Source: the human T2T-CHM13v2.0 reference genome, Homo sapiens
Strand: one strand, 5' to 3'
DNA length: 64,000 nt
NCBI RefSeq assembly: GCF_009914755.1
Contig: NC_060934.1
The notes beneath the pieces are model-generated. The model saw nothing but the letters and a program-made list of their open reading frames with translations, was not told the DNA's origin and made no database searches. Positions 14,524 through 30,526 of the stretch are shown here, one piece after another (the first letter of the stretch is position 1; each line of letters opens with the position of its first letter). Made by a program: the position numbers and the translations under genes.

Positions 14524-15500
14524 AAGACCACGCTCTGCTAGGACACGTGGAGATTGAAAGCTGTGATAGGTACTGAAGGGAGGAGGGATCATCTGCTCCA
14601 TCTTCTGATACAGCAAAGGGTAGTCGGGTCCAGGGTAAAGCCAAGGGCAGGACTGGGAAGCAAGTGATGGCAGAGGCTATTTCAATGTCCTCTCATCATA
14701 GTGACTGTCGGTTTGGGAGCTCTGAGCCTATAGGCATTGTTCACAATGAATAGGAAAGCAGGATAATGGATTGAGCCACACTCTCCTGATTGAAGCAAAA
14801 CCAGAATCTCCAAGATTGCCCAACACACGTCTAGAGACAGAAAAGTGATAACAGCTTAACTCAAAAATAAATGTATCTAAGAATTCAAGACATATGGTGT
14901 TAAATATTGATCAAAATATACAATGTTAATGGAAAAATATTTGGAATCTAAATTTCTTGTTTCTGAGGAGTTTCATTTCATAATTAAGATTTATTGTCCA
15001 GGAAGATTTTGTTTTTTAAAAAACCACCCTTCACATGGGAAAATATTTCTCTGATTTAGCTCAGATTATAAAACCCAAGGATTCATTTTAAACGGAAGGG
15101 AAGGAACGCCTCCCTTAAAACAACTGTGTTCCAGAAGTGATGGAATCTTCTAGTGTCAGACTTGCAAAGTTCAGTATTTGTAGAAAATTCACATGCCTTT
15201 AATTACAATAAACTCAATTCCCATGTAAAACTGTGCCATCTGGAAGATATTAACATCATTTATAACTTGTTCACCTCCCTATTTCATAGAAAATTTTTAC
15301 TCCTTGCCAACTTTCCACTGTTCTTCAGGGAAAAAAAAATACAATTACTTTCATGGATTGTCTCTAGAAGAGTTTATATAGCAAGTCCAGCCATCAAGAA
15401 GTGATAAAGGAGGCATTTTGTACATATTTACTTCCTTCTTATTGCTTTAAGTCCTTATATCCTTACTTTGAAGGTTTTTTCCCTATAAAGAATATTCTCC

Positions 15501-16157
<657 letters not shown>

Positions 16158-16399
16158 TAATTTTTTTTAAGTGAACTGACTTTTTTTTATCACAGTCATG
16201 CAGAGAGAAGGTTGAGGCCATAAGAAATGGATTCTGTTCTTTGTTCCCAGGCTCAGGAGCCACTCCTGCACCTTTGATCCAAAAGGCGGCTCCTCCATTA
16301 AGAAGGATCACCATCTTTGACACCTCACAAAGTGTCACAGGGGACAATGAGGAAAGGAGGTGACATCTACCTGACATCTGGCAGTGAAGTCAGCCAAAA

Positions 16400-16590
16400 C
16401 TGGATGACTGTGATCTCAGTCAATCTGTCCTCACACTGCCACTGACTTGTGCCCTGGATAGGTCACTAACTGACTTCTGTGAGTCTCAGTGGCTCGTCTG
16501 TAAAATGGATAAAATGATGATTACCTTGCAGAATCCCAGGGAGAAATAAACGAAATCATACATGTCATGATGCTTGTAGGTGTTCGATGG
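16400..16590 (+). mobile_element. MIR fragment
   Basis: gtcactaac…tctgtgagtctcagt…tctgtaaaatggataaaatgatgattacctt. Confidence 0.6.
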
Positions 16591-17495
16591 TCCCTTTCCA
16601 AGTGAGGTTGGGATATGGAGAGAAGGAGAGAGACAAATACATAGAGAACCAAATGGAGAAGAGCTTTGTTTTCCACAGTGTATACTATTGGGTCAAAATA
16701 GGCTATAGTGTAGGTAGTCCAGGAAATTTAGCTATTGTTATCTCCCAGGGGACTCTGTATCACTTAGAAGATAACCAACTCTCAGAATATGACCATAGCC
16801 TGATATTCTGAAAAATACTGTTTGGAATGACAGTCAGTTTTGCTCTAGCATTGCTCTCAAAGCTCAATCAATTAAAACCATTGTCAGTAATGGAGTTAAA
16901 TAAAGCAATTTATATATACCATAGTATGTTTTTTTTTTTTTAAATCATGAAATCCGTTAAGTGTTTCCATTGATGTACCCAACCGATTTAATGAAGTGCA
17001 GTTGGATTAGTGCTATTAGCGTGCAGCACTGAATTTGCTCAAAAAGCCCCCTTAATTGGTATGGTGGAGGCACTAGGGTGCAATTTCCAGTTCTGGAAAG
17101 GCAGTGCGTCCGGCTTACTGCATCACAAATTCATGATCCTCAAATTTTCTTTTTAATTCTTTGGAAACAAGAAATGAAGCAATAATTCTGTTTTATATTA
17201 TAGGACCTAATGTGCTAATTTAAAGATATTTTTAAAATCCTCCCGATTAATTAGTAATTATTCAGTGGGGATCTAGGTAGTTTGCTAATCAAAGCTACAG
17301 GAATTAAAGTTGGCAAATTCTTATTTTTTAAAGTTTTTTCACCCCCCAGTAACTACCATAGAACCTTTTCAGCATCAACTAAGGGAGATTATTTATTCTG
17401 GAGCAGGGAAGTCCTTTACCTTAAAATGACCGTCATCTTTTCCTAAAAAAAGCAAAAAATAGTTGAAGAAAAATGGGTCTACTGACACCAGTTAA

Positions 17496-17841
<346 letters not shown>

Positions 17842-19499
17842 AACTTGAAGAAGATGGGCAGTGGGCACTAACCTAAGTAAAAATTGCACAATTTTGTTCA
17901 ACAGACCCTTCTAGTTTCCTTGAAGTACAAACTGCTAAGATAACCGCAACCAAGAAATATGAATCTTTTAGAGATGTACCTAATAATATTTATGATGCTA
18001 GAATGAAATGTACATGAGAAAAACAGATCATGTATTAGAGAGTTTCCTCTTCTGTAATCTCTAGTGTTTATTGAAAGCAGCATACTGTTTGCTATAAATC
18101 ATTTTTAGATTCTGATACATTCATGCTTAGAGTACTTGTCCGTTTTCTTTTTTTCATTTTTTGAAATTCTATTAAGTCAGAAGGTGGGTGTATCAGCTCC
18201 ATACTACTGAACTTCTAGTAGTCTTACTATTCTGCCAAATATCCTCTATATGCCCAAAATCAATCTGTAATGCAGTGAATAATTTATATAATGAGAAATA
18301 TATCTCTGGATGTACAATAATACTTCAGATATCAACTAGAGCTTTTTTGTATCTGACAACATGTGAAAATAAAAGATTCAGAGAATCATTGTTTATTGTC
18401 TAGCCAGTAGTTTTACATGATTTTGTTTCTTTTCACTGATTTGCCTTATAGACTAATGAATTGGTGTACAGCAAACCTTTAACTATCTCTATATTAGGAA
18501 CAAACTCATGGAGAGAAGAAAGGATTGTAATGATCTAGGTAACCTCATGATTTATATGGACCTTAAGGAGTAATTGTGTGTTTAGAAGAAAGGAAAGCAA
18601 TGGCCATAAACATTACCTAAGAGCAGGAGCACCATCTCAGCTAAGTTTAACCATATGACCACACAAAGGTGCAGCTTGCTGAAATGGGCTCTGTGGTTGA
18701 ACACATTTTAAACTAAACAAGGGGAACATACAACCCCCATCCTACCATCTAAAGTGCTCCTCAATCCCAAGATAACCTTATGGCAATCCTAACAGGAAAA
18801 AATGGAATAGGGTCAAGTTCACTAAAGTAAAACGTGGCATAAAGCAAACATGTCCAAATGTACTCTTCTCTTAACACAATAGAAGCTAGAGAAAGGTATA
18901 AAAAATTCCCCCTGATAATACTTAAGTCTCAGCTGTGACAACAAGACAGGTAGGCAAAGGGAGAGAGAATGTTGTTCTTTACCTTCTTTGACAGATTATT
19001 ATTCCAGCAAAAAGGGGATTTGTTTTTACTAAAAACCAGAATATGTAAAATAACTTAGCTTTTTATTATATTTAAGCAGCTTAATGTCTTTGAATACATT
19101 TAATGTAGACAGCTGCAGTTGACTGCCCTTTATGCATAAAATTTATTAAGAGGATCGATAGTGTAGATAAAGTCACAGGAAGAGATAGGAACAAGCTTAC
19201 TTTTCAGCATTTTAGTTCTTGAATTATTTGGGGGCATATAAGTGCTCATTTAAAAATGTACAATAAAACAGACCTTTTGGAAATCCTTCCAGTTGAAACT
19301 TATTAAAAACATTACAGGTTCCTGAAATTGTCATGTTTAAAAATACCCCATATTTCAGATATTTCATTAATTCTTTTTTTTCCCTTTACGGCAAATTCCC
19401 TAGATCATATTATTGTTTTCATCACTTTCTAATCTATTGTGTTTACTCCCTTTTTCTTATTAGTCTTATAAAATGCTTCAAGAGAAATTTTTTTTGATA

Positions 19500-19700
19500 G
19501 TAATTAGGGAAATGCTGCAAATAATGTTCTTTTCATGAATATTCACAATTTATATCAGTAAATTAAAGGCTCTGAGAGTTATGAAACCCTGAATTAACTT
19601 GGTTAAACCCAACATACGCCAATCTCATTGATCACATGACCCTTTTATGACATAATACCTATGGAATCAGTGCCGTCACGAAGGGCTTGCTATGTGCTAT
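19500..19700. mobile_element. Probable ancient DNA-transposon (hAT-like MER) fragment
   Basis: tattcacaat…attaaaggctctgaga…aacttggttaaacccaac…gaccctttt resembles an old MER consensus; family not determined. Confidence 0.4.
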
Positions 19701-20357
19701 TTTGAAAAGTCATTTACTTTGCACAAGCACAGATCAGAAGCAATAAAAAAATTCAGGGAGAGAATCAACTTTGTAGATGAAAACATACATTTGAGAAGAC
19801 AGAGATAAATTTGGCAATCTAGTTCTTTCTCCTATTCTGCCTTCAACATTAAGGATTTAATTTGACTCAGTGCTTTGAAAGACTGTTTTAGCAACTGTTT
19901 CTGGCTAAACAAGTACGATGCTGATACCTAAGACTGTGCCTATACTTAGTAAAAAGAGCTCAACCAAGGCTGACAAATGCACTTAGCTTGTTTTCCTCTA
20001 GTTTGTCTCCCTGAGAGCAGGAATCAAGAATGCCCTGGTTTTACTACTTAGAGTTAAGGTGACCGCCATGAATAGAACTAAGCAATATTTTACAGTGGGA
20101 AGATATAATAGACCAAGGTTGCATTTTATAGATGGAAAAACTGGAGCCCAGAACACTCAATGGAGTGGAACAATATTTCAGATCCAGTTATAATAGAAGA
20201 ATTAGAACTTACCACAATATTCTGATGAAAGACAAATCATGACATCTCATTTTCTAGGTGATGATGAGAAATTTTTTTGTGATCATTAGGATCCACTTCT
20301 AATTTAAGATTCCTACCACAGGATTTCTCATCCTTGCTCAAAACCCTACAGGAAGGG

Positions 20358-20685
20358 GGCTGGGTGCAGTGTTGTAATCCCAGCACTTTGGGAGCTGAGG
20401 TGAGAGGATCACCCGAGGTCAGGAGTTTGAGACCAGACTGGCCAACATGGTGAAACCGCGTATCTACTAAAAATACAAAATTACCAGCCATGGTGGTGCA
20501 TGCCTGAAATCCCAGCTACTCTACTCTGGAGGCTGAGGCAGGAGAACTGCTTGAACCCGGGAGGCTGAGGCTGCAGGGAGCCAAGATTGAGCCACTGCAC
20601 TCCAGCCTGGGGGAGGGAGCGAGACTCCATCTCAAAAACAAAACAAAACAAAACAAAACAAAACAAAACAAACAACAACAACAAA
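20358..20685 (+). mobile_element. AluS with (CAAAA)n tail
   Basis: Alu body with a small 5' deletion; TSD aaaaccctacaggaaggg / aaaacctacaagaaggg. Confidence 0.9.
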
Positions 20686-23095
20686 GAAAACCTACAAGAA
20701 GGGGAAATTCCGAATCCAGACAGGAAGCTCATCCCATCTTTGACCCCCGGGTGAGTATTCCAAGTCTTCCTTACTTTGCCTCCAATCTGTTCCGTCAACT
20801 ATTGTTTCTTCAGTATTTAATGTCATTCCCACCCATTGATCCTAAGACTGCATTTAATTCCTCTTCTGCATGACAGCCTTACAGTTATCTGCACCGTGAT
20901 TTCACTTCCCTATGATGAGTTTCTAATTTTATGGTATTATGAGAAGACAAAAATTTAAAGAACTCATTTATTAGACTGACACCTAAGAAACAGGCCCAAA
21001 CACAGATAAGCAAAGAAACGGCTTCTCTAATTGCATAAAGGTTGTTGAGATGTTATTACTTTAGCAAGACAGGGATGGCAAGTATGCATGTAAGTATTTC
21101 ACAGGCTCTGCAAAACGTGTGGGAAGCCTGTGTCACAGAGGGAAGGATGGATGACTAGACTTCCCCTCTGTGTTCTTATCCCTTGAATGCCTTGCTTTTC
21201 CCTCCATTCCTACATCCTCCTCCTACATCTGCCCTTCCTGCTAATCTGGGACCATGCAATCTAGAGGTAGAGTCTTGTGATGAGAATGAAGATAATCCCA
21301 TCATTCTTTGGAGCAAGGATCCAGGAAATGGAGAGAGGTCCAGGGCAGAATGAAGGGCTGATCCAGGTCTCCCATAGATGGCCCCAAGCACCAGAGAGCC
21401 AAAGAAATGCCTGGATGACCATTTAACACAAGCATTTTCCACATCTATTTTGAGGGTTGGCTTTCTGATGCCACAGAACAAACTTAACTTATTCTGCTGA
21501 CTTTTCTTTTACAAACTGGGCATGCCAGCCAAGAACTCCAAATTCTGGACAGAGAACATGACTATTTTTATAGCTGTTTAGTTGCTATGCTGAATTTTCT
21601 CTCCGCCCCCCCACCCAAGCAACTAGGCAATTTCATGCCAAATCTTATAGTCCATTTAACATTTTTGCGTGTGTGTAATATAATAAGATTATTGCTGCAC
21701 TGTAAAAATGTCATTGATTCAGGAGACCTTTCTTAATGACTGAGATTGCAATAATCCCCCTTCCCAGACATAGGCAAAATACCCATTTTCACTAATTAAA
21801 CACACACATAACTTTCATAAATTTTAAATTTAAAATAGGCTTTTGTAAATTTCAAAGTCAAATGGTCTTTATATCAATTACTTACTAAGGAATTCCTCCC
21901 TAATTATTCACCAACGAACATACACTCAAAAACACAGGTTAACAGCTCAAATACTACTGGAGCAGAAGTAACATTGAATTTGGCAGTCATTAAAAATAAT
22001 AACTTCAACTTGATGTTTTTCTAAGTTTTCTTCTTTAAATACAATGTCTTCAAAAATACTTTCTCATTAATGTGTGACAGGCACGTTAAACACAGGCTGT
22101 GCAAATATTTGAACAGTAATAATATTGATTTCTTCCATGGCAATTTTCCATACAAATGGTAGAAGACTACTAGCAGAAGCTCTGATTTCTACTCTCATGA
22201 TGCTCTGCAATTAAACAGGAAAGGATTCTTAGCATGTACGACATACATAATTTTTGGTGGAAAAAGTAGTAATAGCTTATATTTACATAGCCCATTTTTC
22301 TGAAAAGCTGAAAGAGGTTTTATGCTTGTCATTATTTTAGAAGCTTGGAGAGAAAGAATGAACAGGTGGTGTCCTGTTACACATGAGAATATCTTTACTG
22401 CAGCTATATCCCCATCACTATTGAGATAGCTAGTTGACTTGATAAGACCATGGGTTTCACAGGCAATTCTTTAGCCTGACTAGTGAGTCTACTGAATTAA
22501 CTCCTGCATTCTTCACCCAGAGGCCCATAGAGGTGTCTGGAGTGGAAGGAATGGCATAGACAGAGTCAATGCCTCATCCTTGGGTCCGGACCTTGCTGCC
22601 TGTGACTAGGATATCAATCAATAGCATGGGTGCTGTGGAGAAGGTAAGAGAAATGGAAGCTGTGTCTGCTGAAGATCATTTGAGGACATTTCCATAGCAG
22701 CTTGTCTGCCATGGTCTCTCGAGCATGCTTAGCCCATTCACAACGTCAGAGCTGTCTCAAGATAGAGTGTGAGCCCGAGCTTTTCTGGGTTGCAAACAAC
22801 ACGGTGCCTTTCCTTCTAACCCTAACCCAAACTTGGTAAAGAATGGTATCTAAATTTGGTTAAAGTGAACTTTGATGACAGTCCTAAAAAATAAAATATA
22901 TATCCTAGTAGATAAATGTCAGGGTAAAATGAAAATTAGAACGGTTGATTTGGAGGTCAAATGTATGTCCAGGTATTGGCCACATGGTTTTCATTTTTAA
23001 AGCTCAAATAGAAAGAGGCATGCCTTGGCTAATCCTGTGGGTATGTTTCTGCCCCAAGTCCCTACCAGTTACTATTCTTGGGATAGTGTTAGTTC

Positions 23096-23407
23096 TTTTT
23101 TCATTTCTTAGAGATGGAGTCTCACTGTGTTGCCTTGGCTGGAGTGCAGTGGCTATTCATAGGCACAATCCCACTACTGATCACCATGGGAGTTTTGAGC
23201 TGCTTTGTTTCCAACCTGGGCTGGTTCACCCCTCGTTAAGCAAGCTGTTGGTCCCCTGTTCCAAGGAGGTCACCATTATCGATGCTGAACTTAATGTGGA
23301 CATCTCATCAGCACAGTGCACTACAGCCCAGAACGCCTAGGCTCAAGTGATCCTCTCACCTCAGCCTCCTGAGTAGCTGGGACTACAGGCACACCACCTC
23401 ACCTGGC
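23096..23407 (-). pseudogene. Full-length 7SL (SRP) RNA processed pseudogene
   Basis: Contains the 7SL S-domain absent from Alus (reverse-strand text gctattcataggcacaatcccactactgatca…ggttcacccctc…ggaggtcaccat…gatgctgaactta…cactacagcccagaac), a poly(A) remnant, and TSD tgttagttctttt (23087-23099, 23409-23421). Possibly an annotated RN7SL###P locus; number not verified. Confidence 0.93.
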
Positions 23408-25784
23408 ATGTTAGTTCTTTTGAAGGACAAAGGCAAGAGCCTGATGTCGCTTATCTAAAGATAACTAGAGAATTTTTCTGGCATCCCTTTCTAGATGTTT
23501 CTTTTTTCTTATTGCTGCTGATTCAAATCTCACTCTTTCAAAGCCCACCCAAGGTTCATTTATTCTGTGAAGCTTTTCTTTTACTCAATAACCTGTAAAT
23601 GTTCCTCTCCTTGAATGTATAAAACCCTTAATTAGGGAGTAGGAGCCAAGGAATAAAAGTTTGCCAAATGTTGCACTACAACTGTTTTTAGGGGGGTCTT
23701 GTGTGCCTTATTTACTTCCCTGATAAAATGTATACTTTTAGGTAGGAAATATCTTCCTACTTACCCTAAATTTTTCTGAGAATCAAAAACAGTATTGTTT
23801 CCCTGGGATTAAGTTCATGCTACTGAGAAAATGAACCTGCAAGAGAAACTAAAACAACCACCGCATAGCCCAGGTAGTCAAACTATTTTATATTCATACT
23901 TTTAACAACACTTAAACAGAATCTTCTAAATCGTTTAGGAACTAGCTCTGGAAGAGAACACCTTAAACTTTCAGACATTTTTTTCTACAAATCACATAAA
24001 TCACTTCTGGGAAAACTCAAAGCATGGCGGGGTGTACTGCTTTTGTTCCAATTACATTAAACCTTATAAAAATAGCCATAATGACAACAACATCTCTTCA
24101 GAAGGGCATGCCAAATACTTAGGGGGCTTAGTCTCACCAAGACCTTCTGGGATTTCGTTACCTAATGCCTATTAGTGATAATAGGTATTACGTCTATAAA
24201 TCCCTAGGTGCTTATATCAATCTTATCTGTTTTAGTTTCCACAGGTGGAGTGATAACTCTAATGAGGTCCACGTCATCATGACTCCTGTTTAGAGAAATA
24301 AAATGTTTAGATCTCAACTTTCCTGCCATTCCCTAGTGGTGTTATAAATAAGGGTGACATTGACGCATTTCAAATTGTTCCTCGAAGAGCGGCAATTCAT
24401 TATCTTTTAAAGAAATTTGCTCCACATCAAGTCTCAATCCAACTGACATTAGCGTGTGTTAGATACACATACGAATGGTAAGTTTTGCCTGATGAAGCTG
24501 TTAATTATTCTCCTGGCTATGTTCACTCCTTACTTTACCACTCTCCTCTATTTCCTTCAATTAGGCACCAAGCATCAAAAGGTTTGCTACGTTTTATCGT
24601 TATCACTAATCTGAGTGCACGACACACAATTCATTCTCTTTTCTTTAGTGCCTGAAAATAAAAATCCGCTACCTTTTGTACGGAAGGTCAGTATCTGCGG
24701 AGGCCAGCATTTTAGACAGACTACTTGTTCCTTCATTTGAATTTCAAATTCTTATCTATAAATGCTTTTCACCCCCACTTTAAATCCAGGGGCTGAGGAG
24801 CATTGTGCGCCCTGCTTTAATAATCTTGGTCTCTTGCATAGCTTGGATATGTAAATTACAGGTTTTGTTCTTTTATTTCTCCCTTTTAGTATCTAACTTC
24901 CATTGAAATGGAATATAAGTCCTGCAGCCACTTTGCAACCTGAGGATGTATAGAACGCCTATATGCGATACGTCTATATGTGCATATATTTGTGTATGCT
25001 TGAGCATAAATATAAAATATTACAATCTTATCTGTCTACAGAAGATTAATTTACAAAATAAAAAGTTTCCAAATCTGTGCTAGTTTAGTTTGTCCTTCAG
25101 AGGACAAAATGCTGTCCTTTGAAGCTCATTTTGTGTGTCTTTGTTACCAAGAGGTTTTTTTTTTTTTTTTTTAATTCATAGGGGCCACCAAGGCATGAGG
25201 GGATGACCGACCCTGGTTAATCCAAACCACAGGACAGACAAAAGATTAATTCCAGTCGCCAGATGATTAACTCTGGTCATTGGGTCACAACCTTGCCTGT
25301 CAGTAACTTACTCCTAAACTCCTTCAGGAAAATAAGGAAACTTGAACACGCCACTTTTAAAGTCAAACTCAGTGCCATTATGAAAGACCCTGTATTCTGT
25401 GCAAGGTTTCTTGGAGGAATCTGATTTCCAGCTTTTGTTCAATTAGTTTCGTATCAGTCAATCCTTGTTTAAAAACATGTCATAAGTCTCTGTGGTTTGT
25501 GCACGCTTCAATTACCTCCGATTATTACATCAAGATTCACAAACGAGATACCAGAGTCACTCCTATTTACTGGGAAATGCTATTGAAGCAAACTGAAATT
25601 CAATTTCAGAAAAGATTGCAATAACCCGTCAAAACATCCAAGGAGAGAGGAAGTTGGGCCTCAAGGTGCGTGGGGCCATTGTTAAATGCAAGACGGCATC
25701 TCACCTAATAATTTAAACATGGTCTCGTGGCCTGACATTTTTAATGCTTCCTTGATCTCTTTCTTCTAGCCCTGCGTGTTCTTT

Positions 25785-25803
25785 GCCACTGTAGGGGGCA
25801 GTG
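25785..25803 (+). promoter_or_regulatory. Candidate CTCF motif
   Basis: gccactgTAGGGGGCAGtg matches the 3' core of the CTCF consensus; the 5' part is imperfect. Confidence 0.35.
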
Positions 25804-26685
25804 CATAGCGGGTTGTGGATTAAATACCAAGCCTCATTCTGCCAATAGCACTTTTAGGAGGGGAAAAATCATTGGGTGCTTTTATAAATAGTCACGCCGT
25901 AGGTGTCCACAGAAAGCAACCTTTATTCAGGGCTTTTAAAAGCTGCCTGCTTTTTAGATACAAACCAATCCATAAAACTACCAAGTTCAAATTGTCAGCT
26001 ATTATCTGGGCAGTAAGTTTCAGGCACCTCTGCAGGCTGATTTGACGGTTTTTGTCAGCGCAAATTAGGATCCTAGGTTTAAGTAACGCAATCTGGCTCT
26101 AAAAATTAATTTAACTTGCCCAATCCCCACAATACACAGCCCGGAGTTCACATTTACTTTGTGACTCATTGCATTTGAATTAAACTAGAGGGCTAAGAAT
26201 TTTATGCCTGAAGCAGCTCTGACTCTGAAGAACAGAAACAAACACATATTTCTCCCATCATTTGCTGCTTCAGGGCAAGAAAAAGAAAGCCACTGTAATT
26301 TGGAGACAAGACTTTTCCAGACAACTATGAACAACAGCAACCACAGACCAGTACTAAACAGAAATGTGTTGTGGAAACCTGGACTTCAGTAAGAAATTAG
26401 TAGGAGCATATCAAACAGATGCAAATATACAATTTTTGATAGATATGGTGTTGGCATGAATTCTAGACGTAAACTCAAAGGGATTGGAAACTTGTTTGTA
26501 AATGAACATTTAAAACACAGATTGCGAAGTGTTTTTTGGAAGCAGAGAATCAATTAAATGAAGGAAAATTTAGAAGAGTCATAGACCTGAAAATAAACTA
26601 GAAAATTGTCTGTTTCAATATATCCTTATTTTCAAATATGGAAGCTAAGGCTCTAAGAGATTGGGTTGGCCAAGATCACAGTTAG

Positions 26686-27000
<315 letters not shown>

Positions 27001-27416
27001 CACAGATTTAGTTGTGAAGTCAGAAAACCCATGTCTTCTGACTCTCATCTTAAACTTTTCCATAAACTTCTCAAACAGGTTTTCCCACTTGTATCGATTA
27101 AGAATGCAAATCCTCTCTGCTAATTTACTTCTTTCCCAATTGTTCTTGGAAAGCAAAATTCTACAATATCAAACTCTTGATTGTAGGCCCTCTTATCTTT
27201 CCAGCATATTTTTTTACATAAACAAAGTGGTTTTTAAAATCTTCATTCAAAAAAATATATATGCATTTTGAAGTGTTCTGATGGTCTTGGTTCATGTTTA
27301 ATTCCAAATATAAGTAGAGAGGAAAGTAAGTTGTCTATGTATAGACCACATGCTGACCTTGACACTGAAGCCCAGCAGGTGAAAGAGGGCATCCGAGAAT
27401 TTTGGTGGCAATCTTA

Positions 27417-27804
<388 letters not shown>

Positions 27805-29128
27805 GCCCGCCAATGAAAGTAATTCCACAGCTTCTCTATGACCTCATTTCTGTAGTCCATAACCCCTACCTTCAAGAAAATTTTAGAAGACAGGCTTCCG
27901 ATTTGTCTTGTTTCAGTTTGAGATCATGAATACTAAAATAATAAAATCTACTTTTATCTGGAATACTTAAATTCCTTATTTTTTCAGATGAGGTAAGAAA
28001 CATTTATAAAATATTAACTTGAACACAATGGTCCAGACAGGAGCTTTTTTCCCAGGCTTTTCCTTCCCTGGAATATTTTTGGCCTGACAAACTTTAACTT
28101 CTTTAGTACATATCTTGGCAGCCAGTGCAGAGGAAAACAGAAACAGGGGCCTCCTTAGAATTTTACAACCTGTTTGGACTGTTGCATCTTTATAATGGGG
28201 ATGGTAACTCTCTTTTCATGAATTCAGTCACATACAATTAATTTCATTGTGCCAGAAACAAGGAAAACTGTCACGGACCGGAATTACAGAGGAGAATTTG
28301 GAGGGCATCTTCTCTGACCCCTAAATGCTACCGATAAGGAAACAGAGCCCCCCGTAAGTTATGTGGGCTGCTAAAGGTCACACGACCAACCGTCCACAGC
28401 AAAGTCAGCACTGGATTCTGGATTCTCTGCTTTTTCTATTAAAACACACTCACTCAGCATTCAGCAAAGAGGGGAGAGAAAACAGAAAACATGTTCGTTA
28501 TTTTTGAAGGAAGAATGCCTGCCATCTGCTAAAAACGTGCTCGCGTGCATGCACACACACACGTGCTCAAAACCCAATAAAATTCTTTAAAACTTAGCTG
28601 ATTTGCATAAGAAAGATGTGGCACTATTACCACACGATGGATTTTATCAATTTCTGAATATCCATGTGAATGAATGGATTTCACTCATCCATACTCAACG
28701 TGAATTCTTTTGTCTGTCACAGTCATAGCACGGATAATGTGCTTTCTTCAGAATTAACCTCAGGACAACCCAAAGAGGTCGCAAATACCAACTAAAATAC
28801 ACTCTTCATTTTACATTACTATTGAACAATGCTGGTGTGTGAGCAAATGGATCTAAGTAGAATCTGTGGGCTTTGCAACCTCGAGTCAAAATCAGTGTGA
28901 TTCCTTCCAAATAACATGCTGATCGCTTAGTAATTTTCAAGTGCATGTGCAGTTTTATGTCATGGTGGGGGTCCTACATATCTCAAACGCTTCAGTGAGT
29001 GTGGGATTTGGGGATGAGTTCTTAGAATGTGAGAATATAGCCAGAGTGTGACCTGGCATTTAGCTTCCTGCAAATGTGCATCACTGTTCTTCATGGAGTT
29101 GATGTCTTTGCAGAGCAATGCTTTATCA

Positions 29129-29439
<311 letters not shown>

Positions 29440-29569
29440 AAAATCTATGTCCTAATAACTGTGCTAAGAGAGCCAAGGGGACCAGAAGAGTAAGTATCTC
29501 AAAGTTAATGAGGAAGATAAGAAGGAAAATGCCATTTTTGTGAAACCCTGAAGGGTTCACCAGGCGTAA

Positions 29570-29660
29570 GGGAACCTGGGACAGAACTTCACCTCTCTGG
29601 GCCTTCGTTTCCTCATCTGCAACCTAAGGGGATTACCCTAGAAGATCTCTAAGGCCCTTT
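29570..29660 (+). mobile_element. MIR fragment
   Basis: acttcacctctctgggccttcgtttcctcatctgcaa…gatctctaaggcccttt. Confidence 0.65.
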
Positions 29661-30232
29661 TGATTAACAACAAACACATCATGATTCAAAAACAGTTATG
29701 CTGTGTTTGGGTTTCATCATAGCCCAGGGTCTCTGACTTGTCCTGATGCCACCTATATACTACATCAACTTTGGGCAATGGGTCTCAAGCAAAGCATTCT
29801 TCAAGTGCCCCACAGTTATCAAATAATTTAAAAATCTTAGATTTTCATTTTTGTGATTATCTTCTAAAAATGGCAGTTATACCCATTGTGGAGCACCTAG
29901 ACAGGTACCATATAAGGAGTACTGCCATGTCTTTTTGTAGCAACACATATGTTTGTGTTGATGATTGAATGACTGCCAAGTGCGGTGATAGGAAAGCATG
30001 AATCCCTATACAGCCAAGGTTTTCCAGTTGTTCAAAAATAAAACAGTGGTGGGAGAGGTGAGCCATCACTTGGGAACACAGGAGTAACATGGATCTGAAC
30101 TCGAAAGACCCCGCATCCTGGCCTTTGGCAGCATGTTCAAGTCTGTGGACAATTGATAAGCAACAGTTCATTCGTGGTCAGTCTAGACATAAATAGGCAG
30201 TGAAGAACTTTCCATTAGAAGATTTTCTTCCC

Positions 30233-30526
30233 AGACCAGGTGCAGTGGCTCACGCCTGTAATCTCAGCATTTTGGGAGGCTGAGGTGGGAGGACTGCTTG
30301 AGTACAGGAGTTCCAGACCAGCCTGGGCAAAAGAGCCAGATCCTGTCTCTACAAAACAATTTTTAAGTTAGTCAGGCATGGTGGTGCACACCTGTAGTCC
30401 CAGCTACTTGGGAGGCTGAGGTGTGAGGATCACTTGAGCCCAGGAGGTTGAGGCTGCAGTGAGCCATGATCATATCACTGCACTCAGTGTGGGCAATAAA
30501 GTGAAACCCAGTCTCAAAAAAACAAA
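30233..30526 (+). mobile_element. AluJ
   Basis: J diagnostics; TSD aagattttcttccc / aagatttttctccc. Confidence 0.9.
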
